Source of the DNA: a virus
Taxonomy: Duplodnaviria; Caudoviricetes
DNA: 55,034 nt
IMG/VR virus record: IMGVR_UViG_3300022074_000051
Span: 1 to 55,034 of that record
Reading direction: 5' to 3' (one strand)
Shown here: piece after piece, positions 36,901 to 44,681 of the stretch
Numbering within the stretch: the stretch's first letter is position 1
Layout: each line of letters begins with the position of its first letter
The notes under the pieces: generated by a model
The model's database searches: none
What the model saw: only the letters and a program-made list of their open reading frames with translations
What the model was told of the DNA's origin: nothing
Position numbers and translations under genes: made by a program

Positions 36901-37081
36901 GAGCAAAGTACTCTGGTGATAGTTGAGTTTTGGTGTGAGCAAGGTCGCCACAGTGAACAATCATATCAACGTCCTGTTCTCGAAGCTTCTTGTACATCTG
37001 TTTGAATACGAAGCGGTATTCATCGTGATATTTAAGATTACGAATGTGTGTATCCGCAAAGTGTGCAATTTTATAAGTCAT
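33938..37081 (-). CDS. Fused SbcD(Mre11/gp47)-SbcC(Rad50/gp46) nuclease-ATPase
   Basis: Phosphoesterase motifs DTH, GD, GNHD, HG, GDIH; then Walker A GKNYSGKS, coiled coil, CKYC hook, signature-like GSGAE, Walker B IMDEP and ISH. Confidence 0.92.
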   Translation of the reverse strand: MTYKIAHFADTHIRNLKYHDEYRFVFKQMYKKLREQDVDMIVHCGDLAHTKTQLSPEYFALAAEFLKNLADIAPTYIILGNHDGNLKNSGREDAVSPIANALEHPNLYLLKDSGNYKVDSGLSFNVLSIFDRHHWQDPDEDTISIALYHGAVMGSRTGTGWAMEHGDDDISVFQGHDFAMLGDIHKPQILDPEGRVQYAGSTIQQNFSEGTRKGYKLWNIKDADTFDVQHVTFVSPRPFMTLDLDKAGNIPEHYHIPRGARLRLIGRTNLASSQIRKVTELAHATYSPTSVTFVDKSNSEFTSSLGGTQKMENLRELSVQERWIRDYLKDYELDEEIVQEVLDLNSKYNKEAEKNEEVRRNVTWNIKEMQFSNLFNYGSDNRVDFNKLSGIVGIFGKNYSGKSSVIDSALYGLFNTTSKGERKNVHIVNQNKNTASIKMVVEADNQEYQICRNLNKSSKTVKGKSVVSAAGDLDFHNISTDSSCNGDSVKDSDKNIRRVLGSIEDFMITSMASQMDSLSFIKEGSTKRKEILAKFLDLEIFDKKFKLAKKDSAEISTLIKRFKNKELSKKLVIKQETIEEIKDDIDKQTDLCKKHNSRYEELKAEFDKISEEISSIPTEIVDIHQIEDAIAQKQEDILSCVRTIDTSKKEIAKNKEVASEIVTFISCLSQERLQSMEETWNEYKKEHTTAVNKTKTLAVKEKNATGKIKILDKHEYDPDCKYCCENKFVKDANKARTTLPTIQKEIAELSASIADLDEKMNFLDIEAIHRDLQKVDKFKNRKKTILAQNKNLEMKIDSLSSKISLYKNELETLREKQQEYEDNKHIIENLSSLSRERHAIKTKMSEAKTRKDKCDNKIQDYLVELGAMKHAIKIIRSEKAEQDVLERGWVAYDLFMRCMHPNGIAYEVIKRKLPIINEEIQKCLSTIVDFEINFEEDGRNLNINIKHPQYDSRPISMGSGAEKTIAAMAIRLALISITNLPKSTLFIMDEPATALDQEHMEGFIRLLEMIKTKFKTILLISHLDVLKDCVDTTIDIQKHNGYAKVNV

Positions 37082-37092
37082 GTATCCTCCTG

Positions 37093-38028
37093 TTATATGT
37101 TTTGCATCATTCTTTCAAAGAAATAAAAGTCCGACTCTATTGGTTCGGCATTTTGGAAAGCATTATAGAACTGTCTCTCGGACATTGATCCAATATCTTC
37201 AACTGTCGAAGTATCAATCCTATAAACCTCCATATCATATTGTAACATGTTTTTTATCATTTGTCCAGCTTTTTTTTCTGCATCGGCGTCGAGTCCCAGA
37301 TAAACTGGAGTATCGTTGATTGACAGAGCTTGGAACAGGCGCGAGTTAGTCCTTAGAGTGGAGCCGAGGATAGGAACGGCTTGTGTTCCTGCTACGAGGG
37401 CATCGAAGACGCCTTCGACAAGAACCACCGGCTCATCCCAATCAATGATAAGCTCATTGAATATAATATCCTTGGAAGCCAAAGGGTTGAGATACTTCCT
37501 CTTGTGACCAACATACGAACGAGCAATAAAATAATTAGGCTCTCCGTTCATATTGAATGATGGCACAATAATGCGGCCTCCGTATCTTCCCTCCGTGCAG
37601 TAGCCTATTTTCCAAAGCTTTATCTGCTCCATGGATATCCCTCGGTCTCGTAAATAATCTAAGGGCTTTTGAGATGACTTGGGGAGTCGCTTGTTACAAA
37701 GCGATATCATCTCTTTTGGCAAGTCAATAACTTGCTCTACTTCTACCTCGTTTAGTTCGTTGAAAAGCTTATCAAACTCTGATAGGTCTAAGCGACCTTC
37801 AAGTTCAAGCCACTTCTGGCGTTGGTTATAATTACCAAACTTACGAACAATCCTGTAGATGTTCTTACCTCTTGTGTCGCAAACCCAACATTTGAATACG
37901 CCTTGTGCAAAATTGACAGACATCTTCTTTTTGTGGTGCTTGCAGTAGGGACAAGAGTATAGGTGTTCATTTCCCTTCCGAACATACCTCCCAAGTATGT
38001 CGGAAACGATCTTACGTTTCTCTTCCAT
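37093..38028 (-). CDS. DNA primase (Zn finger + TOPRIM)
   Basis: CPYC..H..CWVC; YLRDRGI; RIIVP; LVEGVFDA; LDADA. Confidence 0.9.
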   Translation of the reverse strand: MEEKRKIVSDILGRYVRKGNEHLYSCPYCKHHKKKMSVNFAQGVFKCWVCDTRGKNIYRIVRKFGNYNQRQKWLELEGRLDLSEFDKLFNELNEVEVEQVIDLPKEMISLCNKRLPKSSQKPLDYLRDRGISMEQIKLWKIGYCTEGRYGGRIIVPSFNMNGEPNYFIARSYVGHKRKYLNPLASKDIIFNELIIDWDEPVVLVEGVFDALVAGTQAVPILGSTLRTNSRLFQALSINDTPVYLGLDADAEKKAGQMIKNMLQYDMEVYRIDTSTVEDIGSMSERQFYNAFQNAEPIESDFYFFERMMQNI

Positions 38029-38046
38029 GTTATCCTCCGATAATTT

Positions 38047-38074
38047 AGTATAACACGTTTTGAATATTTGTCAA
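38047..38074 (-). promoter_or_regulatory. Sigma70-type promoter for primase-SbcCD
   Basis: TTGACA, 16 nt ending TGT, TATACT; then a GGAGG SD. Confidence 0.75.
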
Positions 38075-38083
38075 ATTGTTTTT

Positions 38084-38545
38084 TTACCCACCGGCTGCGG
38101 CTATTGAATTTAAATCAGTTTGGGCGCCTTTTTTCATGATGGTTGCAACTGTTTCGAGATCATCCATATCTAAATCACCAGCATACCATTTAGATGCTGC
38201 ATACGCCAATGCCATTATCGCAGGAGCTGCATTCGCTAGTTTCTGTCCGCCGGGACGATCTTTTAAGGCATCAATCATCGACATGCCTTTAACCGATAAA
38301 GAAGCCATAGCATCATCAATAAGTCCTTCGTCTACGGGTAGGGCTTCAATTTCAGAAAAGAACGACATCAATTCTTTGAACTGTGCGTCTTGTTGTAGTT
38401 TGTCAAAAACGGCTTCAACCTTTTCATCAGGCAAAGAATCCTTAGCAGCAGAGTTCAGGAACGTTGTAATTTGTTTCTGATCGGCTTCTAGTAATAAGCG
38501 ACTGGTTCTCCAGTTCTCCATTATAAGTTTCATATCGTTAGACAT
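38084..38545 (-). CDS. Hypothetical protein with MKLIMENW leader
   Basis: Likely start MSNDMKLIMENWRTSRLLLE at 38545 (GAGGTG SD); ACTATTTA at 38564-71. Confidence 0.65.
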   Translation of the reverse strand: MSNDMKLIMENWRTSRLLLEADQKQITTFLNSAAKDSLPDEKVEAVFDKLQQDAQFKELMSFFSEIEALPVDEGLIDDAMASLSVKGMSMIDALKDRPGGQKLANAAPAIMALAYAASKWYAGDLDMDDLETVATIMKKGAQTDLNSIAAAGG

Positions 38546-38562
38546 AAACATCACCTCTATGC

Positions 38563-39075
38563 CTAAATAGTTTTTAAACCTGCATTTGCTATAACAATCG
38601 CGTCGGCTTTATCATCTGTGCCGGGCTTTGGGTTGCCATGTCTTGTGTATTCAACTATAAAATCTTTTGGATATTTCGCCTCAACCCACTCAATAACCTT
38701 GAGCTTCGTCTTTTCTCCACGCTTGATCTTAAGTCCAACAAGCCCTCTTGCTTTATTAGCCTGTATGAGTGTTGCAGGAAAACCAAATAGCAAACGGAGG
38801 ACATAGCAGCACATACCATTAAAGCGTTGCAACTTTGCCATAGTAGCTGCCGTCGTCTTGCCTCCTGAAAATGCGATGAACGGCTGTTCGACGAATACGT
38901 GTTTGATTTCATATTTCTTCTCCACTTCAGTTATGATACTGAAGAATAGATCTGCTCTTGTTTCTAAAGAATCTGAAGATTTTAATTTAATTAATTGACA
39001 TTCAATTAAATTTGTGCTACAATCAATCACAGAGTAACCAATCTTACTTGTACTAATATCTATTCCTAAAATCAT
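38563..39075 (-). CDS. ruvC: RuvC-like Holliday junction resolvase
   Basis: MILGIDIST..IGYSV, VFVEQP and DDKADAIVIA catalytic motifs. Confidence 0.85.
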   Translation of the reverse strand: MILGIDISTSKIGYSVIDCSTNLIECQLIKLKSSDSLETRADLFFSIITEVEKKYEIKHVFVEQPFIAFSGGKTTAATMAKLQRFNGMCCYVLRLLFGFPATLIQANKARGLVGLKIKRGEKTKLKVIEWVEAKYPKDFIVEYTRHGNPKPGTDDKADAIVIANAGLKTI

Positions 39076-39081
39076 AATTCT

Positions 39082-39110
39082 ATTATAACATATAATCTGG
39101 AGGTTGTCAA
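39082..39110 (-). promoter_or_regulatory. Consensus sigma70 promoter, probably producing a leaderless mRNA
   Basis: TTGACA-17-TATAAT with TGn extension; only 6 nt between the -10 box and the ATG. Confidence 0.8.
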
Positions 39111-39111
39111 A

Positions 39112-40539
39112 TTATAAATCTAACTTTAATTTAAAAGTATATTGACGGTCTTCTGTTTTCCTCACAGGATTGGCAACAGAGGCTATGCCTATAAGATTTC
39201 TTTTGTCATCGTATATGGCAACTTTGGTTATATAGGTTTCTCTTTTTTTCTCTGGTGTGTACTCAGCGAATTGTGTATCAGTTACATTGGCAGCCAACAC
39301 ATCTTGCTCTGTATAGTTGTATATATTGGATGAATATGCTCCTAAGTAGGGACTTGTGCTATCAACGAACGTAGGGTTGTTTGACCAGTTAAGTTCTCCA
39401 TATTTAGCATGAGCCATCATCATCATGGTTGGTGTTTCAGTAGTTCCCTGGAACTTTACTTCATAAGAAGCAGACGCCAACGTTGGAGGTATTGCCATTG
39501 ATCCTGTGACTCCACCTGAACCGAAGTGTGTCCACTTATTGATGCTAGCTCCTAATACATTGCCATAGTGATCAATATAGCTAATGTCATTGTCGACACC
39601 CAGTTGATACGAACCAGTTAACAATATCAGGCCCTCATTATAAAGAACAATACCCGCTACTGAGCCTGAGTAATCCTCTGGAGATGACGATGTAATAAAC
39701 GTCTGTATAAGTTCTCCATTGTACCCTCGATCCTTCAATGTACCAACAACAGAGCCTGAGATGTAGTAGTTTAGTTCAACGGAGCCAGGCTTAATTTTCT
39801 TTCCGTAAAATATGGAAGGAATAGAAACTACCGCAACCTCGGCTGTTTTCAAGTCACGAACAGGTAATGGAGCAGCTGTTACCATCTTGAAGTGAGGCGA
39901 TTTGAAAGTGTACTTGTCGAGCGTATTTTCTATAGTGAAGAAACCAGTGAAGTCAGTTCCACCCTCACCAGGTTGGAAGGTTTTCTTCCCAGCAATTACT
40001 CTAGCTATCCTACTTAGGGACTCTTGATATATATATGATGATATTGAAGCCGAAAGGTTACTTGAACCCTCTACAAGTTCACCAGAATCAAAGAGCACGT
40101 TATAATCTGAATTCTCATATATTTTCAAAGAGTTCTTGAATCCATCACGAAACACAAACGGTCGTATAAGAGAACCTGTTGCATCCGTTTCGGAAACCCT
40201 GACGGTTTCGATAATTGGGTCACCAAATTGATTTGTACCATATAGATCACCATTGCTGTCTGTTGTTCCTTCATCTCGAACCACAGTGAGAATAGAACCC
40301 GATGGTCTATTAATGTTTTTTTCGTATAACGAAATAGAGCCTTCAGCGACACCAAGAACTGGGGCGCCCTCAAACTTTGCGCCAATACCAGTACCGTTAG
40401 TATATCCGTTAAAAGACCCAGACAGATTGGGCTGGTTATCTATGTACACACTACCGCTGGCCATATAGAAGCTTGCCTCTGGGTATGCTTCTAAAATGTT
40501 TATGAAGACATCGTTGTCATCAAACTTAAATAAAGCCAT
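39112..40539 (-). CDS. Putative baseplate/virion protein (475 aa)
   Basis: C-terminal TYITKVAIYD..NLIGIA....PVRK.....TFKLKLDL; paralogous to the next gene; ACTATTTA at 40555-62. Confidence 0.6.
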   Translation of the reverse strand: MALFKFDDNDVFINILEAYPEASFYMASGSVYIDNQPNLSGSFNGYTNGTGIGAKFEGAPVLGVAEGSISLYEKNINRPSGSILTVVRDEGTTDSNGDLYGTNQFGDPIIETVRVSETDATGSLIRPFVFRDGFKNSLKIYENSDYNVLFDSGELVEGSSNLSASISSYIYQESLSRIARVIAGKKTFQPGEGGTDFTGFFTIENTLDKYTFKSPHFKMVTAAPLPVRDLKTAEVAVVSIPSIFYGKKIKPGSVELNYYISGSVVGTLKDRGYNGELIQTFITSSSPEDYSGSVAGIVLYNEGLILLTGSYQLGVDNDISYIDHYGNVLGASINKWTHFGSGGVTGSMAIPPTLASASYEVKFQGTTETPTMMMMAHAKYGELNWSNNPTFVDSTSPYLGAYSSNIYNYTEQDVLAANVTDTQFAEYTPEKKRETYITKVAIYDDKRNLIGIASVANPVRKTEDRQYTFKLKLDL

Positions 40540-40563
40540 GTTTGCACCTCAAGGTAAATAGTA

Positions 40564-41694
40564 TTAGTAATCTAATCTAACTCGAAGAGTAAACTCCTGG
40601 GATGGTGTCTTTTTAAGTGGTTCTGATAGTTTTGCAACAGCCATCAACTCGTTAGCAGCAGAGTATAGTCCTATAGTTGTGATATAAGCAATGGGATCAT
40701 CTGTTGCTCTTTCTTTGACTCGTATCTTAGATGAGCTAAGGTAAGTTGGATTGGAAGAGTAGTTAAACTCGTTGTGGTTAGCTCGACAGAAATAGATTGT
40801 AGAGTTAAGTTCAGTGGTGTTATTGAACGACAGATTGTATATTCTGTTTCTAAAGTTATCAGATGAGCCGGTTATTAGAGAACCGGTCAAAACAGCATTT
40901 AGCTTTTCAGCAGTAGTGCTAGGACCGGACATTGAAATGTTGTGATAAGTATCATTTAAGATTCCACCCTCTGTTGCGGTATTGAAAATAGAACCACTAA
41001 TCACAGCAATACCTGCTTGATAATAAATTAAACCAACAGGAAACCTTCTATTAGCAGATAGCATCTGAGGGTTCAGGCCATTGTTAGCTGTGGTTCCATG
41101 TGTGGAGGCTGTAGCGAATAGAACTCCGTACTCACCTGCTGGTGAATTAACAAAGAATCCAGTAGAGCCGCTAAAGTCAGTAATAAGAAGCCTTCGATCA
41201 AATACTGAGCCATTTTGTGAATACGCTGGGAGCATTCCTAACTCTAGATTGAACGAACCTTTTTTGATTTCATCTTTTACTAAAAGACGAGAAAATGGAA
41301 GTATGAACACTTCCTGTAGTTTATCACCACCGGCAAGAATGTTTCCGTCGGCATCAAAGTCTAAAACTGAACCTGTGACATCATAGCCAACTAAAATCTG
41401 TGCCATCTGATTGTAGATGTTCTTCTTTTTCTTGTTTTGCACATTTGTCGTATTGAAGAGGCCGGAATTAGTTCCAAAACCTGTTGTGATATCAAAAATG
41501 TGATTTGCTGAGGAACTTAGAAACGGATAGTCGTATATTGTCTGAAACATGCCATGGGCATGAAATTTGACATTCGCATCAGCGTAAGTCCCAGAAACTA
41601 TCGAACCGGTCAAGGGTATAGCTTCGTGTAGTAAGGTGCGCGTGGAAACGACATCGTTTGCACCAAGTGTTTTAAATGCTCCAATATTAGCCAT
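40564..41694 (-). CDS. Putative baseplate/virion protein (376 aa)
   Basis: C-terminal EFNYSSNPTY..YITTIGLY..ELMAVAKLSEPLKK..FTLRVRLDY. Confidence 0.6.
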   Translation of the reverse strand: MANIGAFKTLGANDVVSTRTLLHEAIPLTGSIVSGTYADANVKFHAHGMFQTIYDYPFLSSSANHIFDITTGFGTNSGLFNTTNVQNKKKKNIYNQMAQILVGYDVTGSVLDFDADGNILAGGDKLQEVFILPFSRLLVKDEIKKGSFNLELGMLPAYSQNGSVFDRRLLITDFSGSTGFFVNSPAGEYGVLFATASTHGTTANNGLNPQMLSANRRFPVGLIYYQAGIAVISGSIFNTATEGGILNDTYHNISMSGPSTTAEKLNAVLTGSLITGSSDNFRNRIYNLSFNNTTELNSTIYFCRANHNEFNYSSNPTYLSSSKIRVKERATDDPIAYITTIGLYSAANELMAVAKLSEPLKKTPSQEFTLRVRLDY

Positions 41695-41707
41695 GTTTTA
41701 TCTCTCT

Positions 41708-42664
41708 TTAAGTTGCTTTAAATTTTACAAATCTAACTGGTACGTCAATGGTGTATCCTGTGGATATACCTGTAATCCTTACGTTAGAATCTATGTGATA
41801 CACTTCCGTACTCGTACCGTCACGTGCGCCTAATCTTGAAGTGCTACCTATCTCTGTAAATAAGAAGGTACTTGTATTTAGCTCCAAAGAAGCTGCAATT
41901 TTAAACTCTAGGATAGTGCCACGAGGACCAGCGATCACTTGTCCAGTTGTGGCATTAAGTCTGTCTGTGTTCTCTCTTACTATACCGTCCTCTTGTGTTA
42001 CGTTATAGAATGCTATATCATCATCATCGATGTAATCCAAAGAGACGCTAGTTCCTGTTGTGGTTGCAATTGCTCCAAGCCTATTGTCAATTTGAATTGT
42101 GTAACTGCTTTCAATCATATCCGGATTGGTCTGGGCCAAATTTTGCTGGAATGAAATAGCTGTTGTGTCAAGCCCCTGATCGAGCCTAATGGCTGTACCT
42201 CCAGCCACTGTTTGTCCGTGCATTATACCAGTGACTTCATTGCCATTGCTGTCAAAACCAATTCCGTTTTGCGTGGAATCACTTCCATTGTCATTTTCAG
42301 TGAGACCATCGACAGCAACAATAAAAGAACCAGAAGCATGTCTTTGGTTAGATGATGCCACTTCGTTCAGCTTGACCACTGGTAGGTATAGTAAATCTAA
42401 ATTTTCATAGGTTACAAGCTTTGATTTCATTGATACTGCATTATCTGTGAATGCTTCTAAGATTGGTGTTTGTAAGATCTCAATATCATAATACGCTGAA
42501 CCATTTGTGTTGGTTGAGTCATACAGAGCATAGTCTATCTCCTCATCACCAACGGCAAACTTAACAATCTGAAAAGAACCGTCTCCTTTTGAAAGAACCT
42601 TTCTCCCATGATCGGTTAAAACGGCATCTAATATGATGTCACCGCTATTATCTAAAAAGCCCAT
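41708..42664 (-). CDS. Putative baseplate/tail-collar-like protein (318 aa)
   Basis: N-terminal DAVLTDHGRKVLSKG..FQIVKFAVGD; TAGGAG SD; variant motif ACTACTTA at 42687-94. Confidence 0.55.
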   Translation of the reverse strand: MGFLDNSGDIILDAVLTDHGRKVLSKGDGSFQIVKFAVGDEEIDYALYDSTNTNGSAYYDIEILQTPILEAFTDNAVSMKSKLVTYENLDLLYLPVVKLNEVASSNQRHASGSFIVAVDGLTENDNGSDSTQNGIGFDSNGNEVTGIMHGQTVAGGTAIRLDQGLDTTAISFQQNLAQTNPDMIESSYTIQIDNRLGAIATTTGTSVSLDYIDDDDIAFYNVTQEDGIVRENTDRLNATTGQVIAGPRGTILEFKIAASLELNTSTFLFTEIGSTSRLGARDGTSTEVYHIDSNVRITGISTGYTIDVPVRFVKFKAT

Positions 42665-42710
42665 AGTTGTATCTCCTAGTCTATAATAAGTAGTTTTTGA
42701 TGCATTTTTG

Positions 42711-44681
42711 TCAATTATTATGATTTTTATTCAAAATGAATTTTAAATTTAAATCTAATTTACGACCTGTATCTCTTGATGTAAGCCTCACTTTAAACCT
42801 TATACCTTGATTTGTTTCAACTCCATTAAGCTTGGTGTACCACATTTTCTCACCAACAACCCCCAATGTTGGAATTGGATCGCTGTCTGAATATTGGGCA
42901 AAGGTTCCACCATTTAATTGAGCAGAGTCAAATGAAGACTGGTTTAAAGAGGGGACAATCTGTAATAACCTAGACATTGTCTTGTCTAATTTATACTTGT
43001 CTTGATTTGGTTTAGCAAAACCAACAACATTTGCATGTAAAAATGTTTCATCTGCATCTCTGGTTTTTTCAATCTGCCATATTGGTGACGGATTTGATGG
43101 ATACCCATAAGCGTTTATGGCTCTAAAAACATAATAGTATTTTTTAAACGGCACAATGGAGTCCGTTAGGGTTGCTAATGTTCCGCCAAATGGGGCTTGA
43201 ATTCTAGTAACAGTTGAATTTGTGGCTATGTTTTGATATGGATTACCATCAGGTCCTTGTTGGGGTTGTGTTTCCATTTTGTATATTTCGAAATCCCCTG
43301 CTTGTGATTCATAGGTAAATTTATCTTTTTCTCTTGTTATATCATACTCGGACTCTCTTTGATCAAAATCAGCCTTTTCTGATTCAAATAGGCCAAAGAA
43401 TTCTGGTGGGTTTTCTGAGTTTGCAGATAGGTTTAAATTTATCTTTATTTTATTTTTTGAATCTTTTACATTTGAAAAGCTTACCTGCGGTACTGGTAAA
43501 CTCGGCTGTTCAATTTTACACGTCTGTTCAAAGATTGGAACCTTAAGTAGCCAATATTCGGGCACTCCGTCTTGTATCCGCCCAGCCATCACATAGGCAT
43601 AAAATTCATACCTATATCTATTTCCTGAGCCTACATGAACTTGTGTATCAAATACTTTGACGCTATTGTTTCCAAAATTTCCAATCCAGAATGATTGTTT
43701 TTTACCGTTACTTCCTCTACCGCCACCTACTTTGTACTTTTGTATTTCAAAGAAAAGGTACTCATCTCCGCTGAGATTTGGGTGGTTGAATGTGCCTAAA
43801 TTACTTATTTTTTGTCTTAAATTTAAATAATAAAGAGATTTATTCGAATCAAAAATAGAATCAGTTATGGGAGCAATGTGTGTATAAAACAGTCCCTCAT
43901 CGGTGTTTACTGCTCTTTGAGTTAAGCTGTCGTCAGGGTTGTCGCCACCCCAGAGTTTCCAACCTTCAAGCGTTTGCTCTCCAAAAGTAAAATTGGTCGG
44001 ATCTGGCATGTCATTGACAAAATCTGATATTAAATGGTAGTATCCAAAAGCGTTCTGTAAACGGTATTGTAAAGAATTTACGGAGGTGTTGTTTTTGGCA
44101 AACCTTCTAGATAAACCAGGACCTCCAAGTGAAATTTCTACGTATTGAGGAAAGTATTTTGACTGATTGCCGACACGGACGGTAGAATGAGCACGATTTA
44201 TCATTCCTCCATTCGCTAAGACAATGTTACTAAATTCATCTGTATATTCAGTATTACGCTCCGATATTTCATAGGGAATAACTGAGCCGCCCTGATTACC
44301 GTACCCTGTGAATATTAGCCTTGGATTTGTGTTGGAGTTCTCGTTTCCAGAGTCAATAATTCCACCCTTTAACATGTTAAAACCTGGTGTTGAGTAAACC
44401 TCCTCTATCTCATCGCATTCTTGAAAGACCTCACTATATGGCGTTGGCAATAATCTCTCATCTTTTCCAGAAAAAGCATCATTGTATCTTTTAGCTATAT
44501 AATTGAATTCTGGTCTTAAAACGTGTTCAAATTCAAATCTACCACTTGAAGTGTTAGCAAGACCCCCAAAAAGCACACTAGACCCCAATTTCGGTGTAGA
44601 CTCTGTGGACGGCGCTCCATCAAGTAACCTGCTACTATTGACTTTAAAATTAAAATTGTTACCTAAATATCTAATAGCCAC
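42711..44681 (-). CDS. Hypothetical virion protein (656 aa), FN3-like segments
   Basis: YRYEFYAY and KKYYYVFRAINAYGYPSNPSPI strands. Confidence 0.55.
   Translation of the reverse strand: MAIRYLGNNFNFKVNSSRLLDGAPSTESTPKLGSSVLFGGLANTSSGRFEFEHVLRPEFNYIAKRYNDAFSGKDERLLPTPYSEVFQECDEIEEVYSTPGFNMLKGGIIDSGNENSNTNPRLIFTGYGNQGGSVIPYEISERNTEYTDEFSNIVLANGGMINRAHSTVRVGNQSKYFPQYVEISLGGPGLSRRFAKNNTSVNSLQYRLQNAFGYYHLISDFVNDMPDPTNFTFGEQTLEGWKLWGGDNPDDSLTQRAVNTDEGLFYTHIAPITDSIFDSNKSLYYLNLRQKISNLGTFNHPNLSGDEYLFFEIQKYKVGGGRGSNGKKQSFWIGNFGNNSVKVFDTQVHVGSGNRYRYEFYAYVMAGRIQDGVPEYWLLKVPIFEQTCKIEQPSLPVPQVSFSNVKDSKNKIKINLNLSANSENPPEFFGLFESEKADFDQRESEYDITREKDKFTYESQAGDFEIYKMETQPQQGPDGNPYQNIATNSTVTRIQAPFGGTLATLTDSIVPFKKYYYVFRAINAYGYPSNPSPIWQIEKTRDADETFLHANVVGFAKPNQDKYKLDKTMSRLLQIVPSLNQSSFDSAQLNGGTFAQYSDSDPIPTLGVVGEKMWYTKLNGVETNQGIRFKVRLTSRDTGRKLDLNLKFILNKNHNN

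Noticed and set aside
27660-38028. Inteins, introns or homing endonucleases in portal, terminase, SbcCD or primase
   Set aside because: Lengths and motif spacing are ordinary; no splicing or LAGLIDADG/HNH motifs were seen.
42687-42714. TTGACA upstream of 41708..42664 as a sigma70 promoter
   Set aside because: No acceptable -10 box at 16-18 nt spacing.
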